A DNA stretch of 64,000 nucleotides. Source: a bacterium (GTDB lineage: Bacteria; Patescibacteriota; CPR2; UBA1875; JAJYID01). The translations under genes were made by a program, and so were the position numbers. Below, in pieces: positions 45,937 through 56,594 of the stretch. The stretch covers positions 301,501 through 365,500 of the forward strand of contig JAJYLR010000001.1 in assembly GCA_021787535.1 (NCBI GenBank). The letters are read 5' to 3'. Position 1 is the first letter of the stretch; every line of letters begins with the position of its first letter. The notes under the pieces were generated by a model. It did not search any database. It had not been told where the DNA came from and saw only the letters and a program-made list of their open reading frames with translations.

Positions 45937-48144
45937 TTGCAGCCGCGTATATATCAGCAAGAATGTCTGGATGCCATCCAGACCGCACAGCAAGTAAATC
46001 AGCAGAATAAGACTTTGGTCGTGATGGCTACCGGACTCGGTAAAACTGTGGTTTCGGCCTTTGCTGTGCACCGCTTAATGCAAGAAGAACCTGGACGGGT
46101 TCTATATCTATGTCATCAGAATGATATTCTACGCCAAGCGAGAGCTGAATATCAGGAGGTACTTGACGGTTCCTATACTTATGGGTACTTTCATGGGGTG
46201 GAAAAGCATTTGCACAAAGTTGATGTGTTGTTTGCTTCATTCCAAACAATGGCCAAGAACCGCGAGCTTTTTAATAAGCGCGAGTTCAAATACATTATTG
46301 TGGATGAGGTACATCATGTGCAGGCTGCGACTTTTCGCCCTACGATAGAGTACTTTGACCCACAGCTTATGATAGGGCTGACAGCAACTCCTCATAGGCA
46401 TGATGGACTAGACATCACGGAATTGTTTGGTCAACCTGTATACAACTTGGGCGTTGCTGAGGCTTTAGCTCGGGGATATCTCTGTAAGGTTGACTATCGC
46501 CTGATGACGGATGAAATCCAAAACCTGGAGATGCTTGATACTCCTGTTGGCAAGCTCAACATCGCTAAACTGAACCGCACTATCTTTATCCCTAAAAGAG
46601 ATGAAGAGATTGTACGGATTATCGAGGAAAAAGCTGCAAAGATCATGCCTCATCGAGTTATGATCTTTTGTCCCTCGATACAGTACGCTACAAGGCTTTC
46701 ACGCATGATGCCCAAAGCAACAATTCTTCATTCAGGGATTACATCTTCTGAAGAGAAACGCAGAAGAATCGAAGCGTTTCGTAAGGGTGCGGTAAACATT
46801 GCACTCACTGTTGACATGTTCAACGAGGGCATTGATGTTCCGGAGGCCAATATTATCGTTTTCCTCCGATCAACACAGTCAAAAACCATTTTCCTGCAGC
46901 AGCTCGGAAGAGGTTTGCGTAAAGCTGATGGCAAAGAAAGTGTTGTTGTTCTTGACTTTGTTGCTAACTGCGAACGAATGGAGATGATCAATGAATTCCA
47001 CGAGAGTATAAAGTTCAGACAACAAGCTAGCTCTCAAGAAAGGGCGGGTGAATATCAGGGTACCGATTTGCCTGTAGAAATTGCTCTTGATAGTTTTGAG
47101 TTTAATGAAACGGCAAAACGGGTCCTCGATGTCATCGGTCGCGTCCGAATGAGTTATACTAAGGAATCCGTAGTGGAGCAGTTGCAAGCATTGGCTCAGG
47201 AAATCGGACGTAGACCGACAAAATCCAGTATCGAGATTGCTGCTAGAGAAAACAAGGTAGCTTCAGTGCCAAATATAAGGCAATTGTTTGGCACTCTGAC
47301 ATCCGCCTTGGCAGAGGCTGGGTTTAAACCAATCAAGAAAGATCGAGAAGGTCTCAAGCAACAAATACTCAAACTTCAGAGGCATTTGAAGGGCAGGGTT
47401 CCTTGCATAAAGGATCTCAATGAGTATAGAAAGGTGTTAAACCTTTCTGGTTTCGATGCCTTCATTCGTGAGTTCGGGACTTGGAATCAGGCCTTGCAAG
47501 CAGCAGGCATAACCCCCGTACATACCAAGTCTAAACCCCAGCACTTTAGTCGTGAAGAGCTCAAGAAACAGTTACTCAAACTTCAAGAGCACACAGAGAA
47601 AGAAGCCCCGGGTGTACGTGATCTTGAGGAACATAAGAGTTCCCTTGGATTGGCTAGCTTTGAGTCATTCAGGAAAGAGTTCGGGACTTGGAACTTAGCT
47701 CTCCAGGCAGTTGGTATACAACCTGATCAGGTGCATCATAATGTTACTAACGAAGAGCTCAAGCAACAGCTTGTCAAGCTCCGAGAGTATCTGGGAGCAG
47801 TTCCTCGAGTAATTGACTTGAAGCAACACAGAAAGGAGTTAGGAATCGCAAGTCACAAGGCGTTTTTCCGGCGGTTTGGTTCATGGAAGAACGCACTGAG
47901 AGAGGCCGGTCTTCTCAATGAAGTGATGGTATGTTCTCTCATTGAGGAGTTTGGAGAGAAAGGTGTGTATCGCAGCGCCATCGCAATGACAGCCAAACAA
48001 AATGGCAATCTGCGAAAAATACTGATCTCTCTTCAGCGAGACGGAAAGATCGGGTTTGTCCGGCGTGGAAGAATACCGGAACTCGATATTTTTATCTCAA
48101 CCAAGTACATTAGTAAGGAGAAACAGGGGGGTGGCATAAAGTGA
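45937..48144 (+). CDS. SF2 helicase (ResIII/DEAD-like core) with four HEAR repeats and a ~65-aa C-terminal domain shared with the adjacent sigma factor
   Basis: ATGLGKT (I), DEVHH (II), LTATP (III), QQLGRGLR (VI). Repeats of L..LQ..L...P...DL......LG...F...FG.WN.ALQ.AGI. TTG start after aggaggtg is preferred over the track start at 45844. Confidence 0.7.
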   Translation: MQPRIYQQECLDAIQTAQQVNQQNKTLVVMATGLGKTVVSAFAVHRLMQEEPGRVLYLCHQNDILRQARAEYQEVLDGSYTYGYFHGVEKHLHKVDVLFASFQTMAKNRELFNKREFKYIIVDEVHHVQAATFRPTIEYFDPQLMIGLTATPHRHDGLDITELFGQPVYNLGVAEALARGYLCKVDYRLMTDEIQNLEMLDTPVGKLNIAKLNRTIFIPKRDEEIVRIIEEKAAKIMPHRVMIFCPSIQYATRLSRMMPKATILHSGITSSEEKRRRIEAFRKGAVNIALTVDMFNEGIDVPEANIIVFLRSTQSKTIFLQQLGRGLRKADGKESVVVLDFVANCERMEMINEFHESIKFRQQASSQERAGEYQGTDLPVEIALDSFEFNETAKRVLDVIGRVRMSYTKESVVEQLQALAQEIGRRPTKSSIEIAARENKVASVPNIRQLFGTLTSALAEAGFKPIKKDREGLKQQILKLQRHLKGRVPCIKDLNEYRKVLNLSGFDAFIREFGTWNQALQAAGITPVHTKSKPQHFSREELKKQLLKLQEHTEKEAPGVRDLEEHKSSLGLASFESFRKEFGTWNLALQAVGIQPDQVHHNVTNEELKQQLVKLREYLGAVPRVIDLKQHRKELGIASHKAFFRRFGSWKNALREAGLLNEVMVCSLIEEFGEKGVYRSAIAMTAKQNGNLRKILISLQRDGKIGFVRRGRIPELDIFISTKYISKEKQGGGIK

Positions 48145-48294
48145 GCCACCCTCTTTTCTATTGTCAGGTTAACCATAAAAATCTTGCTTTTTTTACAAAA
48201 ATGGTAGATAATGTACTTATGAAATGATGGTCAGACGTTAGTTTGGCTTATTTTGAACCTATAAATTTCTGTTCACCAAAGGAGGTGAAAAGCT

Positions 48295-49818
48295 TTGGCT
48301 ACTCTCGAAAAAGATTTAGAGCTACCTGAGGATTTACCTATAGCAGGCTCAGAGGAAATCGACGATGAGATAGTTTTGTCGGAAGAAATCGCTGATGAAA
48401 CTGCACTCCAGCAACTGGATATTCTCAAAAGGCTTAAGAGTTTAGTGAAGCGCTACCCCTCCATTTCCTTGGCAGAGATAGATCGTCATCATACCAAGCT
48501 CTGTGAGGAAGGTTATGAGTGCTTCGGCTATTTCTGGGAAGAGCTGATTCAAGATGTCATCAACAACAAGCCATACACGGAAGATTGGAGGACTCGACTC
48601 GTCCTAGACTATCAGGGAACTGGCCACAAGGGTAAGCTGGCCAGGATCATTGGCGAGTTTATCAATCTCTCCAATGATGTTTTCAGGAGAGAACCTCAGG
48701 TCTTGCAACATGGCGAAGAATGGAAGAACGACTTTCGGCAAGAGGCGGCGCTTGGGATCGTCAGGGGTGCCCGGAAGTACAGATTGTGCAAGAGAGCAAC
48801 CTTCTCCACTTATGTCTACTGGTGGATATATCAGGCGATCAAACGAGCCTTTCATGATCAAGCGAAGGTTATTCGCCTGCCAGTGCATGTGGGTGAAAAG
48901 GTTGATGCGTACGGCAGAGCACTGAGCCGTTTGCACCATGAATACGGCGCAGAACCCTCCATTGAAGAGATCGCGGCGCAGATGAAAATGCCGCCAGAGA
49001 AAGTCGCTGCCTTGGGAAAACTGATCAGGGGCAAAGTTAATATACTATCCCTTGACCAGAAACTGGGTGAGGACTCAGATGCCCTGGACTTCTATGGTTA
49101 TCTTCATGATCCTGCGCCTGAAGTTGTTGATCGGGTTGTCTTTAACCAACTCTTTGACGCCGTGAACGACTCGCTTACTAAGCTGCCACCGAGGGATCGG
49201 CAGATCATAGAGATGAGATTCGGCATCAACGGGTATAAGAAGCCTCACACTTTCGGAGAGATCGCCGGCGATTTTGGCTTAACCAGAGAAAGGATAAGGC
49301 AAATCGTAATCCAGGCCTTAGACAAGCTTCAACGGAAGCTTGCAACACGAGGTTACAAAAGCAGCTTCGAGCCCAACAAGGTTGGCAAGGCTGACTCTGG
49401 CCTAGTACAGGAGAGAGTCCTTCAGGAAATCCAGGAGAAAGGGTGGCCTCCCAGGAAAGAAGCTGTCTCGCAGTGGCTGAAGAACAACCATGACTATAAG
49501 TCATTTGAAGCAAAAAATGCCATCGCTCGGGCTATAGCTGAGGTAAAGATCACAGATCGTAATGGAGTGCTGGACATTCCGGGCAGAAAAGAAACCATGG
49601 CTGAAGCTGTCTATGCCTTCATCGACGGCTTCAAAGGGCGCGGAGTCTACCGTAGCGAGATTGCTGAAAAGGTCAACATTAACGGCAGTCTTCGGAAGCT
49701 CCTGATTTCCCTCCAAAGAGACGGGAAGGTCGGCTTTATCAAACGGGGTGAACGCCCTGAACTCGACGTCTTCGTCTCAACAAGATACATTCGCAGAAAG
49801 AAACAGGGGGTGGTGTAA
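48295..49818 (+). CDS. sigma-70 family sigma factor, divergent, with a long C-terminal extension
   Basis: Region 2.3/2.4 FSTYVYWWIYQAIKRAF...IRLPVHV; region 4.2 FGEIAGDFGLTRERIRQIVIQALDKL. The last ~65 aa are homologous to the helicase C-terminus. TTG start after aggaggtg. Confidence 0.7.
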   Translation: MATLEKDLELPEDLPIAGSEEIDDEIVLSEEIADETALQQLDILKRLKSLVKRYPSISLAEIDRHHTKLCEEGYECFGYFWEELIQDVINNKPYTEDWRTRLVLDYQGTGHKGKLARIIGEFINLSNDVFRREPQVLQHGEEWKNDFRQEAALGIVRGARKYRLCKRATFSTYVYWWIYQAIKRAFHDQAKVIRLPVHVGEKVDAYGRALSRLHHEYGAEPSIEEIAAQMKMPPEKVAALGKLIRGKVNILSLDQKLGEDSDALDFYGYLHDPAPEVVDRVVFNQLFDAVNDSLTKLPPRDRQIIEMRFGINGYKKPHTFGEIAGDFGLTRERIRQIVIQALDKLQRKLATRGYKSSFEPNKVGKADSGLVQERVLQEIQEKGWPPRKEAVSQWLKNNHDYKSFEAKNAIARAIAEVKITDRNGVLDIPGRKETMAEAVYAFIDGFKGRGVYRSEIAEKVNINGSLRKLLISLQRDGKVGFIKRGERPELDVFVSTRYIRRKKQGVV

Positions 49819-49965
49819 CAGCCACCCTCTTTTCCATGCTGGAAACTCTCACTGAAACTCTCACTGAACTGTTGCGTTTTTTGGAAAAATGTGATATTAT
49901 TTACCAAACAATCGGAGGGAGCATCTTGATAACCCTCCTTCTCTACACTGCCAGAGGAGGAAAAA

Positions 49966-51171
49966 ATGAATAAGTTTCAAGCCCCGAATGCAGAGGAGCT
50001 AGAACAAATCTTACCCGTGGTTGAAGCGGTGGAATCTCTGATAGCTGAAAAGCGGACTGTTGACGGAAATTTAGTCAAGGGTACTGATATCTATCAGAAA
50101 CTGCCTACAGCAGGTAAGGACATAAGCCTCGCTATACGTTTTCTAGTTTTAAAGAGAGAAGTGTATAGAGGTATGGCACATTTTTACGTTGACCAGCAAG
50201 TTTTAGCCAAGCTTTTGGAAGGGAGAGAAACCATGGCACATCCGATGGTTCGCGAGGATTACGCTGATGAGGCAATTGAAATGAAGGGCCAGCCGCTTTG
50301 CAAGCAGGACATTCTTGGCTATATGACTGAGGAAACTCAGGGACTGACTGATGAAGAGGCTGAAGCCTCTTTTCAGGAGGCGATTGACAAGGAGCGGATT
50401 GTCAAGATGTCCGGTGAAGAGGATCTCTATGACTTGCCTGAGGGCGTCGCCAAAACTGCTTCTCCGAGTTCGGAACCTGAGAAGGAAGCTGCTTCGCTCA
50501 AATCTCGGGAAGAAATTCAGAAAGCGGCGTCGAGCCAGAAGCCTAGTGTAGGCAAAAAATCTGCTGTCAGCAAGGAAGACATACAAAGGGCAATCAATGA
50601 ATTTCCCGACGTCGTCCAAGCTCTTATGAAGGAAAACGGCGGAAAAGCTCTAGTGTCCGATGTCAGGGAAAGACTTGGGTTAAAAGACGCCGCATACGCC
50701 TGGAACATTGTGAGAGACAGCGCCCTGGCGTTGCACGGAGGTTTAAAAGCACACAAAGCCGGTGCCAAGTCAAGTTTCTCCTATGTTCCTGAGAAGGCAG
50801 AGGAATCAAAGTCTTCTTCGACGGCAACTTCCGAAGTGGGCGAGAATCCTGGCAAAACAGAACCAGAATCAGGAGATGAGCAGAAAGAACAGGAAACAAA
50901 GGTGCCGGAAGCCTTGATACATGACAAGGAGAAGCCTTCCGTTATTTTGAAGGATGAGGTTATGGGCACGGAGCTCATCATAACTCAGCCAACAGACCTC
51001 AGGGTCGATAACGGAGCTGTGACTTACGGGCCTCCGGGCAACTTCAACGGTAACCATACCAATGTCATAAGCCTCAGATGGAACGGCGATGGCAAGGTTA
51101 GCGCTGTCTTGGGCGACATTGAGCTCACGAGCAGTGATGCCAGTCCGCTCATCCTGACAAGGAAGGCATAA
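49966..51171 (+). CDS. hypothetical protein (401 aa) with an acidic, Ser/Lys-rich low-complexity middle
   Basis: RBS agaggagg; last gene of the higher-GC island. Confidence 0.5.
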   Translation: MNKFQAPNAEELEQILPVVEAVESLIAEKRTVDGNLVKGTDIYQKLPTAGKDISLAIRFLVLKREVYRGMAHFYVDQQVLAKLLEGRETMAHPMVREDYADEAIEMKGQPLCKQDILGYMTEETQGLTDEEAEASFQEAIDKERIVKMSGEEDLYDLPEGVAKTASPSSEPEKEAASLKSREEIQKAASSQKPSVGKKSAVSKEDIQRAINEFPDVVQALMKENGGKALVSDVRERLGLKDAAYAWNIVRDSALALHGGLKAHKAGAKSSFSYVPEKAEESKSSSTATSEVGENPGKTEPESGDEQKEQETKVPEALIHDKEKPSVILKDEVMGTELIITQPTDLRVDNGAVTYGPPGNFNGNHTNVISLRWNGDGKVSAVLGDIELTSSDASPLILTRKA

Positions 51172-51415
51172 GGTCAGTTCGTCTCTTTGTCATAGCAATA
51201 TCTAACGGCCTGCTTGGGAGTAATTTATCTCCCTCGCGGGCCGTTTTTCTTTTATGAAATATCCAAGTGGCTAAACTCTGAATATCATAAAGAAATCAAC
51301 CAAGATATATTCTATTCACTACTTAGCCTTCGGTTAATATCTTTAGTTTATGAGTGGGTTGAATCTAAAGTTTATATTCAAATTCACAGCCGTTTCTGTT
51401 ATAGTAAAAGGACTA

Positions 51416-52179
51416 TGGGCAAGGTTATTGCGGTGACAAATCAAAAAGGCGGGGTTGGCAAAACTACGACTACGATGAACTTGGCTGCTTATCTGGCGCA
51501 CGAGGGCAATCGCGTGCTTTTGATTGATCTTGACCCCCAGGGGAACTCGACTAGCGGGATTGGCATTGACAGAAACGCGCTTAGGCGATCACTCTATGAT
51601 GTTTTAATTAATGAGGTTAACCCGCAAGAAGCTATTTTTCGGACTAAATACCAAAACCTGCACATAATTCCTTCGGCAACCGTCCTTGCCGCCGCGGAGG
51701 TAGAGCTTGTGTCACACTTGGCGCGCGAACACAAGCTGAAAAACGCATTGGCGAAACTCTCCGGTGATTACGACTATATTTTTCTAGATTCTCCGCCATC
51801 TCTCGGACTTTTAACGGTAAACGGATTAACCGCCTCTGACAAGATATTAATTCCTGTCCAAGCTGAGTATTTTGCGCTTGAAGGTTTGAGCCAGCTTTTG
51901 CATACGGTTCAGCGAATTAAAACGAGTTTAAACCCAAACATTGACTTGCTTGGTGTTTTGCTGACGATGTATGATAAAAGAACGATACTTTCAAGGCAGG
52001 TTGAACAGGAAGTCAAAAAGCACTTTCCGGGAAGGGTTTTTGATACGATTATTCCTCGGAATATCCGTTTGGCCGAAGCTCCGAGTTTCGGAAAAAGTAT
52101 ATTTAAATATGATAAGCTCGGCAAAGGGGCAAATGCTTACAAAAGCCTGGCGAAGGAGGTGCATATAAAATGTCAGTAA
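51416..52179 (+). CDS. parA: chromosome partitioning ATPase ParA/Soj
   Basis: KGGVGKTTT deviant Walker A; an internal ATG is preferred over the track start. Confidence 0.85.
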
Positions 52180-53036
52180 AAAATTCACGCGGCCTAGGGC
52201 GCGGCCTCGATGCTTTGATCCCAACGGGAAATGATAGTACATCCTCGGGCGATAAACCTGAAGGAAACTTTATAAATGTCGCGGTCAATTTGATTGATCC
52301 AAACCCTGTGCAGCCGAGGCAAACCTTTAACGATGAGTCGCTGGCGGATCTGGCCGAGTCAATCAAAGAAAACGGCATCATCCAGCCATTAGTTGTTATA
52401 AAGTCAGGAGGCGGTTATGAACTGATAGCCGGCGAGAGGCGCCTTCGGGCGGCAAAAGTTCTGGGGCTTAGCGAGGTGCCGGTAATAGTTCGAGATGGGA
52501 ATGAACTTAGGAAACTTGAACTGGCTCTTGTCGAAAATATCCAAAGAGACAATCTAAACGCTATCGAAGAAGCGCTTGCATATCAGAAACTTATGGATGA
52601 ACTCTCGCTGACTCAGGAAGACGTGGCGAAAAGAGTCGGAAAGTCGAGAAGCCAAATTGCAAACAAAATACGGCTTTTGGGTTTGTCTGTTGAGATTAAA
52701 AGGGCGCTAAACACGAGCCAGATTTCCGAGGGGCATGCCCGCGCTCTTCTTGCTATTCCCAACACTGAAGATCAGATCTTGCTTCTAGGGCTCATTATCT
52801 CCCGAAAGCTTTCTGTCCGGGAAACTGAGAAAAAAGTCAGCGAGGTCCTCTCCGGCCAAAAGCTGAAAAAAGATAAGGTAGAGCCGGATCCTGATGTGGT
52901 GAGAATAGAAAAAGAGCTGCGGGAGGCAATCGGTTCAAAAGTGTCTATTAGACCCAAAAGAAAAGGCGGATCGATTACTATAAACTATGATTCAGACGAA
53001 GATCGGGAAAGAATTATTAGTATTCTCAAAAAATAA
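52170..53036 (+). CDS. parB: chromosome partitioning protein ParB/Spo0J
   Basis: LGRGLDALI and GERRLRAA ParB boxes. Confidence 0.9.
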   Translation: MSVKNSRGLGRGLDALIPTGNDSTSSGDKPEGNFINVAVNLIDPNPVQPRQTFNDESLADLAESIKENGIIQPLVVIKSGGGYELIAGERRLRAAKVLGLSEVPVIVRDGNELRKLELALVENIQRDNLNAIEEALAYQKLMDELSLTQEDVAKRVGKSRSQIANKIRLLGLSVEIKRALNTSQISEGHARALLAIPNTEDQILLLGLIISRKLSVRETEKKVSEVLSGQKLKKDKVEPDPDVVRIEKELREAIGSKVSIRPKRKGGSITINYDSDEDRERIISILKK

Positions 53037-53079
53037 ACTTTTACTTATCATTAAGAAAAAAGTTTAGGTTAAATTTCTA

Positions 53080-53577
53080 ATGAAACAAAAGCCGCTTGTA
53101 ACGAGCAAATTAGATTGGTATGGAGAAAAAATTACGTTAGAGTTTTTTGATAGTGTTAGTTTTGAAAGATTATGTCCTGTTACTCAAGTGCAAGCTGTTT
53201 GTTTTATCAACGAAAATAAAATTGTACTCTATAAAAGCGGACGCGGGAATTATGGTTGTCCCGGTGGAACCATAGAAAAAGGTGAAAGTTTTGAAGAGGC
53301 GCTTGCCCGGGAGATTCATGAAGAGGTTGCCGGGAAGATGATTGTCTGCGGTCGTATTGGGTATCTTAAGGAAACCCGCGAAAAGTCAGGAAAGGTTAAA
53401 TATCTTCTTCGATACTGGGTCAAAATAAGGTTGTTAGATGAGGCGATTTCAGATCCTTGCGATGATGCAAGAAGCCGGCATGTTTTTAAACCTGAAGAAG
53501 CAATAGATAAACTCAACTGGGACGAAATGGGGAAGCTAATCATCGAACGTGCTAGAGAGAATTTTTTAAATTCTTAA
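53080..53577 (+). CDS. NUDIX hydrolase
   Basis: Nudix box GGTIEKGESFEEALAREIHEEVAG. Confidence 0.8.
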   Translation: MKQKPLVTSKLDWYGEKITLEFFDSVSFERLCPVTQVQAVCFINENKIVLYKSGRGNYGCPGGTIEKGESFEEALAREIHEEVAGKMIVCGRIGYLKETREKSGKVKYLLRYWVKIRLLDEAISDPCDDARSRHVFKPEEAIDKLNWDEMGKLIIERARENFLNS

Positions 53578-53596
53578 AGAAGTAAGGCAAGGTTCT

Positions 53597-54199
53597 CTAG
53601 TATTTTGGTTCAGAGATAAGTCCTAATTCATTTAAAGGAAGAACGCGGAGCCATGCTTTGCCGATAATATGGTCTCTCGGCAGAGCGCCCCATTCACGAG
53701 AATCCAAACTGGCATTTGGCTGTCTGTTGTCTCCAAGTGTGAAATACTCATCTTTCCCGAGAGTTTTTGTTTCGTCTCCCTGCAGTTTAAAGCTGGCTGT
53801 ATTTGGAATATAAGATTCATTCAAGACGAACCCATCCGGATGCTGTTTGTTTTTGATAGTGACAGTTCCGTTTTTGATAATCACTGTTTCTCCGGGAAGC
53901 CCGATAATCCTTTTAATGAAGTTGGTACAGGGACTAAACGGCGAGAAGCGGTTGAAATAGTTTGCACTGAGAAAATCATTGCACCCCTTCTCTGGGTGTT
54001 TAAAGACAACCACATCGCCTCGTTGCGGAGAACCTATGAGGTATGGAAGCTCTTCCACAAATATATAGTTCTTGTTCTGGAAATTAGGTTCCATTGAAGT
54101 GCCTAAAACAAGGAAGGGTTCCAGAAATAAATATTTTACTGCCAAAACAACGGCAAGTATTATAATAATACTTTTAGTTTTAGTAAAAATTGTTTGCAC
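53597..54199 (-). CDS. lepB: signal peptidase I
   Basis: GTSMEP (Ser), KRIIGLPGE (Lys), GDNR...S.DSR boxes. Confidence 0.9.
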   Translation of the reverse strand: MQTIFTKTKSIIIILAVVLAVKYLFLEPFLVLGTSMEPNFQNKNYIFVEELPYLIGSPQRGDVVVFKHPEKGCNDFLSANYFNRFSPFSPCTNFIKRIIGLPGETVIIKNGTVTIKNKQHPDGFVLNESYIPNTASFKLQGDETKTLGKDEYFTLGDNRQPNASLDSREWGALPRDHIIGKAWLRVLPLNELGLISEPKY

Positions 54200-54379
54200 G
54201 GTTTTTCCAAATTTAAATATAACTAATCACAAGTTTATCAACAAACTTCTTTACGGGCAATGTATTTATTTGTAAAATGGAAAAGATAGTGTTTCAAGCT
54301 TTTCTCAAGATTGATAGTCTAGAATCTATAAAGAAATTCTTGATTTACACATGCCGATCATATTATCATAACAAACATA

Positions 54380-55750
54380 ATGAGTAAGAAATCTATAGAC
54401 GATATTTTAAGCGATCTTGATAGCGGCGATTCCGAAAAAGGGGGGCGCGGCCAGACAGTCGAAAATGGCAAGACGCCCGTAAAATTTAAAAAAAAGAAAA
54501 AGAGACATTGGAAAAGAAGGATTATCCTTACCGTTCTATTAATTTTTTTGGTAGGAGGATCATTTCTCGGATACAAAGCTTATGTCCTAGCGCAGAAGAT
54601 GTTCCAAGGTAATGGCGCGCCGGGACTTTTTGGTCTTTTCGGCGGAGGCCAGCTCAAAGGGGAAGCTGACGGTCGGGTCAATGTGCTTCTTTTGGGCATT
54701 GGCGGAGCCGGTCATGACGGGCCAAACCTGACTGATACGATGATGGTGGCGTCTATTAAACCGGCTACTAATGAGGTGGCCTTGCTTTCAGTGCCGAGAG
54801 ATTTGTACGTCTCGATTCCGGGACATGGCAAGGAGAAAATTAATGCTGCAGATGCTGAAGGAGAGCAGGACAAGCCGGGAGGCGGTATAGATTTAGCTAC
54901 TCAAACTGTACAAAATGTTCTAAATCTTCCCATTCATTATACTGTCAGAGTGGATTTTTCAGGTTTCGATAAGATTATCGACGATGTCGGGGGTGTAGAT
55001 GTAAATGTAGAGAAAGATTTATATGACCCTTATTATCCTGATGGCACATATTACATTAAAAAAGGCATGCATCATATGGATGGCGCTGAAGCGCTTAAAT
55101 ATGCCAGGAGCAGGGAGACTACCTCTGATTTTGACCGCGCCAAAAGACAGCAGCAGATCTTAGTGGCAGTTAGAGACAAAGTGATGAGTGCGAATACCCT
55201 TTTAAATCCTGCCAAAATGAATGATATTGTGAATGTTCTCGGCGATCATATCAAAACTAATATGCAGATCTGGGAAGCGGAGCGGCTTTTTGAAATATTT
55301 AAACATGTTGACAAGAATAAAATTATTAATAAAGTTCTAGATGACAGTCCCGGAGGGCCGCTGGTGTCAGCAAACAATGGTGCCTACATTTTACTTCCTA
55401 AAACAGGCAATTTCGAAGAAATTCAAAGTATTGCCAAAAACATTTTTGATGATTCGGGGCTGGACACGGAAGCGGCGAAAGTGCAGATTTTAAATGCTAC
55501 CGGGGTAACAGGCGAGGCGAAAAAAACTGGCGATTCTATTTCCGGCATGGGATTTTCGATCAATGATTTATCAAATGCGAGCGAGATTAACTCTTCCACG
55601 GAAATTGTTGACCATACCGGCGGCGCCAAACCAAAGACTATTGCTTTCTTGGAAAAGAAGCTTTGCGTTAAATCAACTCAAGCGGGTGATCCTACCGGGC
55701 TCTACGATATCACAATCGTTGTTGGGAAAGACCAGCTTAATAAAGATTAA
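54380..55750 (+). CDS. LytR-CpsA-Psr (LCP) family protein
   Basis: N-terminal TM; LCP catalytic-domain residues (R..D, LLLGIG...D). Confidence 0.8.
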   Translation: MSKKSIDDILSDLDSGDSEKGGRGQTVENGKTPVKFKKKKKRHWKRRIILTVLLIFLVGGSFLGYKAYVLAQKMFQGNGAPGLFGLFGGGQLKGEADGRVNVLLLGIGGAGHDGPNLTDTMMVASIKPATNEVALLSVPRDLYVSIPGHGKEKINAADAEGEQDKPGGGIDLATQTVQNVLNLPIHYTVRVDFSGFDKIIDDVGGVDVNVEKDLYDPYYPDGTYYIKKGMHHMDGAEALKYARSRETTSDFDRAKRQQQILVAVRDKVMSANTLLNPAKMNDIVNVLGDHIKTNMQIWEAERLFEIFKHVDKNKIINKVLDDSPGGPLVSANNGAYILLPKTGNFEEIQSIAKNIFDDSGLDTEAAKVQILNATGVTGEAKKTGDSISGMGFSINDLSNASEINSSTEIVDHTGGAKPKTIAFLEKKLCVKSTQAGDPTGLYDITIVVGKDQLNKD

Positions 55751-56583
55751 TGGCACAAGAACAACTTGAAAAAATCAGATCCGATATTATACTGGGGCTG
55801 CTTTTCATTGAAAGCATTCTTCTAACCTTAGTGGTGGGAAACAAACTATACTTTTGGCTTCTATACCTTCTGTCTTTTGTATCTGTCTTTTTATACTGTC
55901 TTATCGTTTTAGACGTTCCGGTAAAAGGTTTTTTAAAAAATACCAAAAGAAACGATGTGGTCTTCATCGTTTCTTTAGCGGCGATTTTTAACGCGAATGC
56001 AGCGATTTTTAACAACCGGCTTGTTTTGGCGCTCGTGTTTATCGGCTTTTATTCGGGCTTAAGGTTTTTAGTTAAGACATTTAAGGCTAATACCGCTACG
56101 CAGATACAAAGAAATGGATTTAACTTGGCAGTGCTTTTTATTGTTTTTCTTGGCTCTAACCTAATCGCTAATTTAGAAATAATAGCAGAGAAAACATTTG
56201 GAGAATTTGCAATCTTACCTTTTAACATATTGATTTTTGCGCTTGTACAAATGGCGACCTATTATAATTTTATGAAAAACAGGGTGGCAAAGAGGGTAGC
56301 TCGGGTTTATTCAGTTGCACTGGCTCTTCTACTCACAGAAACCTCCCTTATCGCCGGGTTTTATATTGAAAAATACCCGAATCTTTACAAGGCCGAAAAC
56401 TCTGCCAATTTGTCAATTGTGACCTTGCCATTATTTCTAATTACGATTTATTATTTAACGTATGGTCTTATGATACATAAGATACAGAAAAAATTTACCG
56501 CGAAAGTGATTATTGAGTATTTAAGCGTTTCCTCAGTAATATTTTTTACCTTGTTTATAACAATCAAGTGGTTCGGTTCTTAA
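55750..56583 (+). CDS. hypothetical polytopic membrane protein (277 aa)
   Basis: About eight hydrophobic segments; internal 12-nt direct repeat gcgatttttaac. Confidence 0.5.
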   Translation: MAQEQLEKIRSDIILGLLFIESILLTLVVGNKLYFWLLYLLSFVSVFLYCLIVLDVPVKGFLKNTKRNDVVFIVSLAAIFNANAAIFNNRLVLALVFIGFYSGLRFLVKTFKANTATQIQRNGFNLAVLFIVFLGSNLIANLEIIAEKTFGEFAILPFNILIFALVQMATYYNFMKNRVAKRVARVYSVALALLLTETSLIAGFYIEKYPNLYKAENSANLSIVTLPLFLITIYYLTYGLMIHKIQKKFTAKVIIEYLSVSSVIFFTLFITIKWFGS

Positions 56584-56594
56584 AGGGAGGATTT

